A stretch of 62,901 nucleotides of DNA, the filler included, from Bigelowiella natans CCMP2755 (Eukaryota; Protista; Cercozoa): the NCBI GenBank assembly GCA_000320545.1. It is 9 parts of 9 records of this genome, joined end to end, with 100 filler letters (N's around TTAATTAATTAA, not from the genome) between each part and the next. Parts side by side here need not be neighbours in the genome. Positions count along the whole stretch, not along the records: positions 1 to 2,155 come from ADNK01001297.1; positions 2,256 to 14,830 come from ADNK01000367.1; 7 more parts are not named here. One strand, 5' to 3'. Under the pieces are notes generated by a model. The model ran no database searches. It had not been told where the DNA came from and saw only the letters and a program-made list of their open reading frames with translations. Positions 1-12,663 of the stretch are shown piece by piece (the first letter of the stretch is position 1; every line of letters begins with the position of its first letter). The position numbers were made by a program, and so were the translations under genes.

Positions 1-697
1 GCTGAACGTATGCATCGAATGTGCTGATCAGCCGCCTAGTAACACGCATGTTCATTATTATGCTGCGAACGATGCTTAATCATATGACAACGAATGTCAG
101 GACGAATGGCCATGCACACGCTGCATGCTTGTTGTTTTCAGCGTGCACCGAGCCCATGCTAGCATGATGCCAGATCGAAGCATTCAGTTGCTTTGTGCAC
201 TGGGGGTTTGTTGGTGCGTCACATGCAACGTGACACATCTAGACATGTCTGCTTGCAATTTGATGACATACCAGCGCACGTCATGAGCAGAATCATGGTC
301 ATCCACCGTCATTTCTATATAGTCTTCGAGCGCTGCTGTAGCATACATAACGCGCCAATCAAGCAAATCTAGAAATACACGCATATCAAGTTTCTAGCTA
401 GCTAGGTACATCATTCGAAACAAAGTAGCCAACTCCGGAACAAGAGTTTGCCAGCGCACTGCTTGGCGCATGCAAATGAGTGCAATGCATTGTAAGCATA
501 TTCGACAACAATTTGACTAGCATAAGCTCAAACTGTCTAGACATGCAATGTGCGAGGGCGATATGCATCGATCGACAGACAAAAATCATCCAACACATGC
601 AGTGCATGCTGCATCATGGCTGGTCTCTTCCCGTCATTTCAACTACTAAATAAATAACCATTATTCCAATTCATTTCCTACTGGTCCGAACATTTTC

Positions 698-1176
698 CTA
701 CGAGCGCACATCCACGACTCCTAGCAGAGTCAGTATTTCCCGCGCAACGTTCGGCGAGAGGTAGGGCACAATGGAGCGTGACTGCTCCTCTTGCGGCGAC
801 AGATATCTGAACAAAATCATCAAACCACACACACACACAAACCAAGCACAATTCAAAAAGGAAAGAAGGGAAAATGATATCAGTGATAAGTATTGTATGC
901 TGTTAGAGGAGAATGCAAGAGTTGGCCGAATAAATAATAGACTTGTATATAAGAACATTACTCCTTCCCACGTGACTCATCGTAGTAAATTGAATAGCGA
1001 TCGAACCGGGCTGCGGGGTGAGGACGGGGGGAAAGGGGGGGGGGTAAGGCGCACAACCAAGCATCATCAAGGAGGTGATATGGGCAGTGAGGCTGGTGGT
1101 GATGATGAGGATGACAATTTGTGCAATTCAGAAGGACCAAGCTGATGGCGATGATGATAACCACAATAAATGGTGA

Positions 1177-1210
<34 letters not shown>

Positions 1211-2030
1211 GATGATGATAATGGGTAGAAGCATTGCATTTCGTCTACTACTACTACTACTGCTGCACTACCTTTATCTTGCTCCGAGGCCCACGTGTAC
1301 AGCTTGTTCAGATCAAAGTTTCGAGCGTACGATTTCTCTTCCTTAGAGGAGCTGCTCTGCTTCTGCAAGGCAGCCGCGAGTATTTAACAAACGACGGGCA
1401 AATCTTAAAGGGGGGGGAGGGCACACACGAGGGGTCGCACAGAGAATCGATGAGGTGAGCGTGCAGCATAAGAGTGTGATACCTGGTTGACGTCCTCTAC
1501 AAGCTCCAGTATAAACTCAGAGGCACTGAACGATCTAGGGAGGGAATATAACGACGTCGTCGATGATGATGATGATGGCAGCGATCTCCCCCCTCTGCCC
1601 TCCCGCTCTCTGTTTTGGGGGGCAAACGACAACAAATCTGCAGTAGGAGCAATCACGTATCAACCCTATCTCACCTCACGAATGCGTCCTTGGCCTTTTG
1701 GCGTTGCTGAGCGCTGAGACGGCGCCTATCCTGGAAGAAGGCAGTGGAAAGGGGGTAAAAAGAGAGGCAGCGCACTTCAAATCCTCACCTCAGTGCAATC
1801 GAGAGAGCACACCGACGATGACGATCATATCTTAGCCCTTCTGCACCCATCCACACTCTTCTATCGCAGTATTCCTATGTGCGGGTCGCTCTCTCGTGTT
1901 CAGTTTTGGTTTCGTTCTCTTTCCCCTTCCCTACCCCCCCCCCCCCTCCTCTCCGTACTCCTCCTCCTCCTGCTGCTGCTGCTGCTGCACCTTATCCATA
2001 AAGGCAGCATCGTAGCCGTCCACTTCGACG
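698..2030 (-). CDS. Hypothetical protein, 3' part (about 6 exons; 5' end lost in the gap at 2156-2255)
   Basis: Canonical GT-AG exons at about 2030-1985, 1740-1672, 1535-1483, 1362-1272, 1010-962 and 808-698 splice in frame. The product reads DLGVEVDGYDAAFMDK-DRRRLSAQQRQKAKDAFVR-SFSASEFILELVEDVNQ-KQSSSSKEEKSYARNFDLNKLYTWASEQDK-ARFDRYSIYYDESRGKE-YLSPQEEQSRSIVPYLSPNVAREILTLLGVVDVRS*. Family not recognised. Confidence 0.7.
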
Positions 2031-2155
2031 CCAAGGTCCTACATCAGTGAGTGTGTGGTCGTGTGTGCAAGGTATCATGGCACGGAGTAAGCATAAGCAC
2101 ACACACACACACACACACACTCATCTATATATATATATATATTAATATATATATA

Positions 2156-2255
2156 NNNNNNNNNNNNNNNNNNNNNNNNNNNNNNNNNNNNNNNNNNNNT
2201 TAATTAATTAANNNNNNNNNNNNNNNNNNNNNNNNNNNNNNNNNNNNNNNNNNNN
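2156..2255. other. Assembly gap with six-frame-stop linker; identical 100-nt gaps at 14831, 31240, 37549, 39974, 52700, 59219 and 60860
   Basis: Each gap is 44 N + TTAATTAATTAA + 44 N. True sizes are unknown: the one at 31240 must hide most of a kinase N-lobe. Confidence 0.97.
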
Positions 2256-2367
2256 CTCCACCCCCCCCCCTTTATATCCCGTCTCTAGTCTCTTTCTCGT
2301 GCATGGTTTTATTCTCCTCCCCCAGAGATCATCTACCCAACACCTTCCTGTCCCCCCCCCCCCCCAG

Positions 2368-2451
2368 GCCAGGCAAAATCTCTCGTTGTAGTTGTGGAGA
2401 AGGTAGGTTGTGAGGTGTATGCTTTATATGGGGGGGATAAGGAGAAATAGA

Positions 2452-2490
<39 letters not shown>

Positions 2491-3099
2491 CTGAATCAAC
2501 CAGATCTTGAGCGCTGCTGAGCAACCTCCCCCCCACCTTCTTCCTCTCTCGATAGGAGGAAAAGACGAAAGTTAAAGATGTCGTCTCGATGCATATCAAC
2601 ACTGCAACTGGAAAATTGACAGTAGGAGATGATGATGATGATAGAGACAGCGATATCGATATTATGTGTGTGTATATATGCATATATCTACATATATGTG
2701 TATACATTTATCATCATTCCTTCATCGATCATCATCCACCACACAATCAGGGCGACTGGCGCGCACCCTGCAAAGAAGGGAGCTTTGCCCTAGAGGCCAT
2801 CATGAGGGCCATGGCCGTTTCAGGGGTAAGCCGCAGCTATAGCAGATAGGAATAGTAGCAGCAGTAGTAGCAGTAGTATCAAGCATCAAACAGCAAGAAG
2901 CAATTTCACGAATTTCGTCGCTTCTTCTTCTTCTTCTTCTTCTTCGTTCTCTTGCTCTCTCCCACTCCGTTGTTAGATATTGGAGGCAGTCTCCGTCGGC
3001 AAGGCTAAAGGTGGGGAGATCGACGTCGCAGCTGCCAAGAAGGTTATTATTCGTTGCGCGCTCAAGCACACACACACACATGCACATGCACATGCACAC

Positions 3100-3131
<32 letters not shown>

Positions 3132-3500
3132 GTGTTCTTGATCTCCATCATTGTGCGTGCATAGGTCGTTGAGTCGATGATCGACGAGGGGAAGAAGCTC
3201 GTTGGGGAGGGGGGTTCCTCCTCCTCCAAGAGCAAATTCCTCCAAGCACTTCTAGAGGACCTTGAAGGCCAAGTTGCAAGTACGATGATGACATCGATAA
3301 CAACAACAATAGGCAGTGGGGAGTGTGATGAGCTCTTCTTGAGGACAGGAAGAAGACGATGATGAGCAAAGAGAGGGGGGGGTGGGGGGAGCAGTGGGGG
3401 GACTTCTCGCCTGTCTTCGCACACACACACACACACACACACGCACATAACATGTAATCATATAAATATTTACTTAAATGTACATATGCACATGTACATA

Positions 3501-3543
<43 letters not shown>

Positions 3544-3715
3544 CATGCATACATACATATTTAGCTTATCCCTACTCCCCTCCTCTGGCACTAATTGAGT
3601 CTATTATAATGCGGTGTAATCATTTACCACAGCTGCGGTCTCGAAAGAGGAGTACTTCAAGAAGTGGGGGGTGAGGCGAACGCAACCACTACACGGGAAA
3701 ATGCATATAAACAAA

Positions 3716-3800
<85 letters not shown>

Positions 3801-3835
3801 ATGCACACATGCTTTCACCGGTCGTCCCCTCTCTT

Positions 3836-3868
<33 letters not shown>

Positions 3869-3999
3869 GTATTATTTATCGTAACTCCTCGCTATTGGCG
3901 TTGTCGTGGTGTTTGCTGTTTTTGCAGGTCCACTACTTGCCCTCCCTTGCCCGCGCACACCGCCTTCAAATCACGAACAACTTCAAGGTTGGAAGACTT

Positions 4000-4035
<36 letters not shown>

Positions 4036-4547
4036 CCATCATTCTGGCTTTTCCTTTCTCAATGCATAGTCCCCACCCCCCCTCTCTCTCTAGCTTACAA
4101 TCCCCCTCTCCCACTCATCGTGTGCTCTGTACTTCTTCTCCGCCATCACACCTACCAGGATCCTGGTGTGCAGGGATATGCGGGAAAGACCTTTGACCGC
4201 GTCCGGGATGTGCGTATTGCTTCTCATGTGTTGTTTGGAGACTTTCTCTGCCCCCCTCCCCCTCCCCCTCCCCCCCCTCTCTCTCTCTTTCAACTGTTGT
4301 TCGCTTTGGTTGTAACGCTGGCTGGTATTGGTTTAGGTGTGCGACGACTTGTTTCTGTCGCTCCCCCCTCCCACACCATGTACTACGTTCCCCCAGCACC
4401 ACCACCACCAACAACAACAATAACAACAACGACGACGACGCTGCCACTACCACCCTCCAAATCGCGCAACCGAAAACGCATTCTTCATCATCGACTCGTG
4501 TACACTCGTCTGTTTCTCCTCCTCCTCCTGCTGCTGCTGCTGCTGAT

Positions 4548-4583
<36 letters not shown>

Positions 4584-5885
4584 GGTTTTTTTTTTGCCAT
4601 TGTCTTTGCTGCTGCTGCTGGTGGTGGTGCTACTCCAGTGCACATCAAGGAGTTCGCTAAGATCACCGGACAACAGCCCGCTCAATGTGAGAATGGGATA
4701 TTCTCTCTCTCTCTCTCTCTGTGTGTGTGTGCGTGTGTGTGTAAAGCACATTAGACTCCTTTCATTTATCAGCGTCCCCATCATCCTCATCCCCCCACCC
4801 CATTCGTCAGCCAACGTGCAGATGAGCTCGTATTACAGCGCTGCCGCGCCTTGCTTCTCGGGCGGCTCGAAGGTCAAACTCAAAGGTATTGTGGAGGAGG
4901 GGTGGAGGGAGGAAGTACAGAAACAAGAAGCAGCAGTAAATTACATGGTTGACGAAACAAAAGCCACCGAGTCTAAAAATGCACACGTCCCAGCTCGAGC
5001 ACGGATTTTCGCTTCATCTTCTCCTCCTCCTCCTCCTCCTCCTCCTTCATTCTCTCCCTCAGGTGGCGGGTGGAAAGCGGTGCGTGACGTCAGGGCGGGC
5101 GACTGGGTCGTCTCATCATCATCATCATCGTCATCATCATCATCATCGCCATCGTCATCGCGGGTCACACACGCCAAGATCCAATGTGTCGTCAAGACGC
5201 TTATCAACGACGGTCGTCGATAGATAGATAGATAGATGTGGAGGGAAAAGAATGTGGGGAGGCGGGAGGGAGTCGTAGTAGACAATGGCGCGTCGCGTGC
5301 TGCTGCAGGCGTGCCTTGGGTCAAAACGATTGCCCCGCGCGGTGCTGGTGAAGCGTTAGCAGCTGTGTGTGCTGTGTGTGCTGTGTGCGACGTACGCTCG
5401 TCACCAACATCATCATCATCATCATCATCATCATCCGAATCACCATTAGCATCCTATCATTTCATAATATAAACCGAAGCAATGGCCATCATACTGTTAC
5501 TTTTCCAGGGAGCAGCTGCTCGATGGTTTGCTTCCCGAAAGGGCTCATGATTACCCCCTACCACCCCGTGCTCAGCGACAGCTGCAGACCCCATGCCCGC
5601 TACCAATTCCCGATCGATTTGGTTGGTAGTGGCAGGCATGATGAGGGGGGGGGCGGAGCGGAGGCGAAGGAGCGTCCTCCTCGGCTTATCGTCGCCAGCA
5701 ACTGCAAAAGCGTGTATTCGTTCTTGTTGGAGGAGCAAGGAAACGATGAGGAGAGGGGAGTGTCGGCGCCGTCGTCATCGATCGTTATCAACGACCGACA
5801 ATGTTTGGCGCTAGGGTAAAAGCAGCACTAACAGCAGCAGCAGTAGTAGTTGCAAAATGCAAGAGCCGCAAGTTGTTATTATTGC

Positions 5886-5920
<35 letters not shown>

Positions 5921-6504
5921 ATTGTAGTGTTGATAATGGCTACCAATCCCTCCTCCCCCCTCTCCCCGCCCCCTCAATTAGGCACGAGATATGGAGAGAT
6001 CCTGTAGCGCGACATGAATTCTTTGGCTCAAGGAGAAAGGTACAGGGGTCAAGGGGGGTGGGTTAGGGGGGAGGGCGGGGGGAGGGGCTGTCTCTCGATG
6101 CTGACGTTTGCCGGCCCACTTATCCGTATTTTCGCCGCATCTTGTACATTGATAATGACAACTCATTGCGCGACAACCGATCAATCCAGGTGGTTGGGAA
6201 TCTGAGCAGTATGAAGGGATGGGCGCAAGGTGCGTTATTTACACGACCACGAACCGCTACAGACGCGACGACGATATACTTTTATTGGTTTTTACTGATA
6301 TTATCACTAATATTACTACAATATTCGAATCGGTGACGTTCGCCATCGTCACCATCATGCGTGCTACATGCCATCATAATCTCTTAAGCATCACCTTCGT
6401 CACTATGATCACCGAAATCATCATTAGGCTATGTTGTGCTTGAAAGCGGACGCTGCTGTGTACGAGACCCTATCACAAACCACGTCGTCGCCCTTCGTCA
6501 ATGA
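2368..6504 (+). CDS. VWA-Hint type protein with Vwaint and Vint (Hint-like) domains, multi-exon; N-terminus (and presumed vWA domain) in the gap
   Basis: Spliced exons give LEDLEGQVAAAVSKEEYFKKWGVHYLPSLARAHRLQITNNFKDPGVQGYAGKTFDRVRDVCDDLFLSLP, matching the Vwaint signature. This is followed by APCFSGGSKVKL...WKAVRDVRAGDWV...AKIQCVVKT...GLMITPYHPV...CKSVYSFLLE...IVINDRQCLALGHEIWRDPVARHEFFGS...KGWAQGYVVLESGRCCVRDPITNHVVALRQ*, matching Vint. TGA stop at 6502-6504. Confidence 0.85.
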
Positions 6505-7477
6505 CGGCTGCATGGCTATTATGCATGCCACCATCGTAGGGGCAGCCCGGATAAATGCAAATAAAGCTAATCTGACAGGCCCACGCATGCACGTATCGTG
6601 TCGCTACACGTATATACAACAGATGGATGTAATGAATAACACAGTTCAATTTTCTTCAATTTTTTGAATTGCGTGACCCTAATGTAGCTATGTGCATGCA
6701 AGACGGGCATAACAAATCAAATTAAATTTGTTATTCAACGGTCATCCTCATGTAGCTGTGCAAAGCAGCGGCTACAGCGCTAATGTTGAATCTGTTGGTC
6801 TCCGCTTGTTTGTGTTTGGCATTTCATGCAAACAAATGCATGTTTTTCGGTCCTGAATGTCGCGTATTTCGCGCATCAGTGCGTGCATGCGTGCATGCTA
6901 GCTCACGTGAAAATGGACATCGTTAGATATCGCGTCACCCGTACGACGACTGCTATGTGTAACATATGTCGTCGCTTGTAGCACGATTGCCGTTCATCAC
7001 GCATCATTAGATTCATATGCTGCTGTGCAACCGCGCTAAACGTGCACTCATGCATCGTAGCCACTAGTAGCACGGATGGATGCACACGTGTATACCGGGA
7101 GCACCCGAAGACACGCATGTCTGAACATATACGGGACGATTTGTGCGGCGGGCATCGCATGATGCGTAACCATGCATGTCCATGCCAATGCAGATGTGCA
7201 TGTTGTGCACGCGCGCGTGCTTCGCTAGCTGCTCGTGTGCATCGTTCATCATACGCGTACGTCTAGACTTCATAAGTATGTAATGGCGATGATCCAACAA
7301 GAGACATTCCGCGTATGTTTGAACAACCTGCTGGGGCAGTTGTTTTTTCCAAACCATTCATGGAGTAGCTAGGGTAATCTAAATAAGAACGCAGTTGTTC
7401 ACGCAAGAGCTGTTGCGTCTGTCGCTCTACTCCCCGTCTACACAGTACTGGTAGTAGTAGCACCAGCGGCAGGAGTC

Positions 7478-7719
7478 TTATTCCTCCTCCTTTTCCTCCT
7501 CACCCTCTTTCTTTTCCTCCTTCTTATCCTCCTTCTTCTTGAAAGGCTCGTGTATGACTATGATGGTGTACTTTTCAGCTAAGCAAAAGATAAACAAAAT
7601 TCCGATCGTTAGGAGATCGTTCATTTTTGCGCCGAGCGCATTAAACAAACGGGAGAGATGCACTGTGATGAAATATGCACATTCTGGGTGTTTTGTGTGT
7701 GGGTAAGAGAGAGAAAGAT

Positions 7720-7759
<40 letters not shown>

Positions 7760-8251
7760 AGAATCACGCTTACCGGGAACTACGATGATTTCATTCGTTG
7801 AGGTTCGAAGGCGTATGCTCTCGAGGGCATCCTGCATCGCAAATGAAAAATCACGGTTGGCGCTATTTTTCACACCGCCTTGACACCGAAGGCAGAGGAA
7901 TAAAACCCCGCTCGCCCCCATGTACATAAATAACCCCGCGTCGTAGCTCACAGAACAAAATGACCTTGGGGACAGTTGTATCTTATAACACATGCATACA
8001 TAATATGTGCTCATATATGATATGAATAGTACGTAATAAGAGTATAGCACCTGCTCCTCCTCCTCCCCCTCCTTCTTAAGTCCAGCCTTGACTTTGCTAA
8101 GGAGAAGGGCGACGTTCGCAGCGTAGTGTGCTGCCCTATCGTTTGGAACCGGCTGTTGGCCCTGGATCTTCGTAGATAAATTGTTGCTCGCCTTGACCGC
8201 AATGCCTGCACGAGTAAGCGTGTGAATGTGTTTGGGTGTGCCTGTGTGGTG

Positions 8252-8289
<38 letters not shown>

Positions 8290-8533
8290 GTGTGTGTGTG
8301 TTTTTCATCCGTGCTTGTGTTTGACAATGGGCGAGTCGATTAGAGGAATGACACCAGCCAACAATAAACATCTTCCCACATGTACGCATCTTTCTCATCT
8401 AGCTACCGAACGCACAATCAAGGTAATTACCGGCCTCGTTCATAACCACAAAGGCATGCACTCCGGGGTTGTTTTGAGGGTTTGTGAGGCTTTTCAGACT
8501 GACGTCTGGTCCTCCTTCGTCGTCATCCATCAT
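7478..8533 (-). CDS. DYNLRB: Dynein light chain roadblock/LC7 family protein
   Basis: Four exons give MMDDDEGGPDVSLKSLTNPQNNPGVHAFVVMNEA-GIAVKASNNL...RAAHYAANVALLLSKVKAGLKKEGEEEEQ-DALESIRLRTSTNEIIVVP-AEKYTIIVIHEPFKKKED...*. This matches the roadblock pattern (GV.GIIVVN.EG...LRIRSKKNEIMVAPDK.Y.LIVIQ). Confidence 0.85.
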
Positions 8534-8706
8534 GGCTGTGGGTGCAGCGAACAAGTAGTAGTAGAAGTAGAAGTAGAAGAAGAAGAAGAAGAAGAAGGGG
8601 AGAGGAGAAAACAAGGATTTATGTATCGCTCAATGTTGCTCGCTTGCGCACCAGAACTATCTATCCCGTGTCCAATAATAATAATACGTATCTTATTCGC
8701 TTGAAC

Positions 8707-9081
8707 AGCATTCGTTGTGTTTCACTTGTCTGTCGACTGATTCTCACAAGTACATAGTCTGTACAAGTAAGCGCCCAGATTACAATAGCTATCTGGCACG
8801 ATTTGGAAGCCCTGAAGTCGCCACTGATAGGCGCGCAGGGGGCAAAACGTGCATGCTCTATGCTACATACGTATGTTTGGAAAAAATTGGGATAGCATTC
8901 GTTGTGTTTCACTTGTCTGTCGACTGATTCTCACAAGTACATAGTCTGTACAAGTAAGCGCCCAGATTACAATAGCTATCTGGCACGATTTGGAAGCCCT
9001 GAAGTCGCCACTGATAGGCGCGCAGGGGGCAAAACGTGCAAGCTCACTGCTACGTACGCATGTTTGAAAAAAAATGGGATA
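8707..9081. repeat. Tandem duplication, 2 x 187 bp
   Basis: 8707-8853 and 8894-9040 appear identical (agcattcgttgtgtttcacttgtc...ggcaaaacgtgca). The last ~40 bp of each unit are diverged. Confidence 0.95.
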
Positions 9082-9777
9082 AAAGAAACTGTCTCGCAAT
9101 TGAGAGGCAAGCAGCGATTGGGTTGCGAAGACACTCGCATCCCTATCCCTTTTCTGCCTCTTTCAAATGCCTTGGGCTTGCAACAAACTCGATGCACAAG
9201 ATCAACTTTGGGAGACCCAGTACTCTATCACAACCCTTCCAAATACGTATGCGGGAAAATATTTTAATTGGAAATGCGGGCCAATACTATATTGTTGTTT
9301 TTCCCTCTATGCCCGGAGATCTATGGCAAAACAGGGGGAGGGGGAAGGAACCTATAGATGAAACTGTCGATGACAGTGCCTTTCAGATTAGCGAGCCCTG
9401 CGAATGAGAAGAATATCTCCTAAATAGATATTTTTTTGAAAATAATTCCATGACGCAATATAGAAATCTAATTAATTTTCCAATTATACCGCATTACCAA
9501 GTGCGCCGCTTGTCCTTTGAATAAAGATATTCTTGCGACAGGATTATTTTGATGTCGCCAAAGAATATCAACGGAGATATATGCTGATTTCGACGAAACG
9601 GGCGAGGGGCGCTGCTATCGTGCTAGTTTTTCTCGTTACACATTGACTATTCTTCTTAATCCATGTCGTTTTGGAAAAATTGCTGTGCGCAAAAAGTACA
9701 GGAGGTTATGTACTACCGTCATCCTTTTGCCGTTGTCGTCAAGCAAGAAATTGGAGTAAATCGATTCGGTGACGGCG

Positions 9778-11202
9778 ATGGAGGCCAAGGCGGCCGTTCA
9801 ACGGCCGCTCGCCTCTTCTGCCAAGGAAGACTTCGTTACGCTCAATGTTGAGGAGTTCCTCAAAACGCGACCAGCAGTTAAGAATGTTCAGGTAGTCCCC
9901 CCGCCCCCTTTTCTGGCAGCTAGCGTTCATTTCAGTGACAACCCAAGATCGATGAAACCGTTAACGCGTGTTCTCCCCCGACCCCCAGCGATCGAAAAGA
10001 ATTCCCGCGACTCTGGCGGATCTTGATGAATGGGAGACCAACAATTCTCCCTATAAGCTTCCGAGCGACCTGAAGAACTTCTTCCTTCTGAGTGATGGCC
10101 TCTGCATTCAGTGGACTGCAGCTCATAAGCAAGACAACCATCCTGTCGGGTAAGCAGCCGCGTCCTCCCCAATCAAAAAGGGGACTGAGAGGAGTGAAGA
10201 TGAAGATGTTGATAAGTGTCATATACACACCTGCAGGTGCATCCAGGTGAACCCTCTTCACAAGTTGAAACAGATTTCGCTGACAAAATTTACGATCGCG
10301 GCTCAGGACAGGTATGGGCGACGGGAGAGGGTTTAAAGTAACTTGAGGGTTTTGAGATATTGCAAAAGGATGATATCACAGGAAACACACACGGACACAC
10401 ACACGCGGACACACACATAAACAAACTCTGAAACCACACACTCAGTGTCGAGATAGAGTCTAGCGACGAGGAGGATGACGAAGGTTCTTCGAAGGACCGT
10501 ACTGATCAAGATTCAAAGGTTAGCAACCAGTTCGATAGAATCGACGGCTGAGGCGCCACTCTAATGCTCTAGCATGAGGGAGGGCTTACACGACTCGTTT
10601 ATGTTTCTCATTCTTCATTTTCTGTCATTTCTCTCCCCCCCCCCGTCCCCCCTCTTATCACAAAGGCTCTGGCGGCATTTGACATTGATGCAACGTGTCG
10701 CGGAGGGCGCATTGCATTGCTCTACCAGAATGGCGACACGCAAAAGCCGCAGGTGTGGTTCCAAGCCCTTTCGTGCAAGTGGTACTTCGTAGCCGAAAAC
10801 TTCACAAACTACTTTCGATTGCTAGTGTTGCATCTCGGCCTTCCGTACTGGTACTACGCCTACACAGACATTGGATTGGACCCCATCACGCAACAGTGGC
10901 TGCGGTTGCTGTTACCGCAGCGCCTCGAGATAGACCGGGGTGGGATGAAAGCTTTGCTACAACAGCAAAAAAACAAGGAGGAAGAAACCGGCGATGGCAA
11001 GCGCGCCTCCGCAGCATCTACATCAGCAGCTTTACAACAATCGTACGATTTCGACGATAATTCAACTTCCACCGGCAAGGGGGGCTGGAAAATGCCACGC
11101 GCTGTGGTCAAGATTAGCTTGAAAAAAATCGACAAATACGCCCGGCAACTCAAGGCGAAGCAGAGGAAACCCAGGGTGAGTCGTCGCGGGGACGACACCT
11201 AA
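9778..11202 (+). CDS. TPGS2: Tubulin polyglutamylase complex subunit 2
   Basis: Exons give MEAKAAVQRPLASSAKEDFVTLNVEEFLKTRPAVKNVQ / PATLADLDEWETNNSPYKLPSDLKNFFLLSDGLCIQW / ALLYQNGDTQKPQVWFQALSCKWYFVAENFTNYFRLLVLHLGLPYWYYAYTDIGLDPITQQWLRL. The FxxYxRLLxxHLGLPxWxYAxTxxG motif is characteristic of TPGS2. Confidence 0.88.
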
Positions 11203-12663
11203 CAACTAACAACCACCAACATCTGATGATGGCTAGCTGTGATCACACGCACGTCGCCGTCAAGCTCGAACTGGACACGATGCAATGCTGTGCACATGCA
11301 AGTGCAAGCAAGTCGCAGCTCGCATCGATATGTCACATTGATTAAAAAGTCATAATCCGGTCAATGTTGCTAACTGGAGCCACAGGTCTAGAGCTGGTGG
11401 CACGCTCCGTGAAGCCACGAATGATGGACACAGTGATGCAACATGCATGTACACATGTGCACACATGTGCACATTAACATCACATTGTCTACAATGCGAT
11501 CGACCGCATGCACTGCCACGTTGGTTGGCGCGCATCGCAGACGCTGCGTTTAATCTGCTCGTGATCAATCTAGCATTGACGAACATCAATCATCGCTGTC
11601 TCTGGCATCGGCGCCGGAGAAATGCAATGGCGCACCCGCTAGCCCACTACGACCTCGTCTCACCTGCACGCCCCACGAATTCCATGCAACTGCACGCTTG
11701 TCACACCAATCCTGCCTTCTAGCCTTGCGCATCCACGTGCCGCATGTGCTCAGCGGACCATGCTAGTAGCATGGCATGACTCCAACGCTAACTGCGTGAA
11801 ACATGGTTGTGGAAGCCTTGCACACGGGCTGGCTAGCTGGGGATGTGAGACGGATGTAATCATTATTGATTAATCAAACTCATCGCAATTCACCTGCAGC
11901 GGATGCACTCGCGTTTGTCATTGTGATGAGAACGCGATTTGCGCGCTACGTACTGCTGCGCTTTGTGGACGTGCACTGCACGTGCAGGCATGCTAGCATG
12001 TTTGGATGTACGCGTGACTTACATCCAGCCATGCACGTGCTGCTGGCATAAAAATGAAAGATGTTGTCGGGATGCGGGATCCATCGTTGATCTGCGATGA
12101 TGTGCAATTGAGGCGACGACGTAGCGTTTGTGTGTGGACAGGTACAGCCCGCAGCGCGTAGCTACAGGTCGTAAGATGCACTCACGCCACGCAGACAGAT
12201 TCATTTCGTGCAGCGCGCGCCCGTTGTGCAAGAGGTGTTTGCTAAGACTAGCTAACAAATGCTGAATACTTTTTAACAATCCGACTCACATCGTCACACT
12301 TTCCCCGAAGATTGGCACTAGCATGCTACGCATCTCGTATTAAATTTCCAGCAAACATAAGCGGAGAGGTCTTCTTAGATACACTAGCCAGACTTCTTGC
12401 TACTGTACTGTTGCTTGATGACGCTCGCCGGGGGGGAGGAGGCTCATGTCTCCGCGAGTACTCATACATTCTACATATGACGAAAAGATGGTAAGCACCG
12501 AGGAGGAGGAGGAGGAGGGGGGGGAGGAGGAGAGCGCAAGTGACATATGTGTGTGTGAGTGTGTGAGTGAGTGTGTGTGTGTGTGTGTGTGTGTGTTTGT
12601 GCGTGACGATGATGATGATGCTGCACGGTCATCATTGTCATCCATTAAGATATCTAAACGCCA

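Noticed and set aside
2200-2211. TTAATTAATTAA repeated eight times, suggestive of piggyBac TTAA sites or a dispersed element
   Set aside because: It is always centred in exactly 44 N + 44 N, so it is a synthetic six-frame-stop gap linker.
3311-4150. Complementary SSR pairs or G-run/C-run pairs bridging intron ends
   Set aside because: The introns checked do not consistently contain both partners, so no rule could be supported.
3664-5223. Long track ORFs rich in HTHT, YIYI, CVCV, SLSL and poly-L/H (this 519-aa ORF and many others)
   Set aside because: They are read-through of stop-free intronic microsatellites. Only the embedded exons are coding.
8534-9777. RFX X-box expected between two flagellar genes
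   Set aside because: No convincing GTTNCCATGGNAAC-like site was found by eye.
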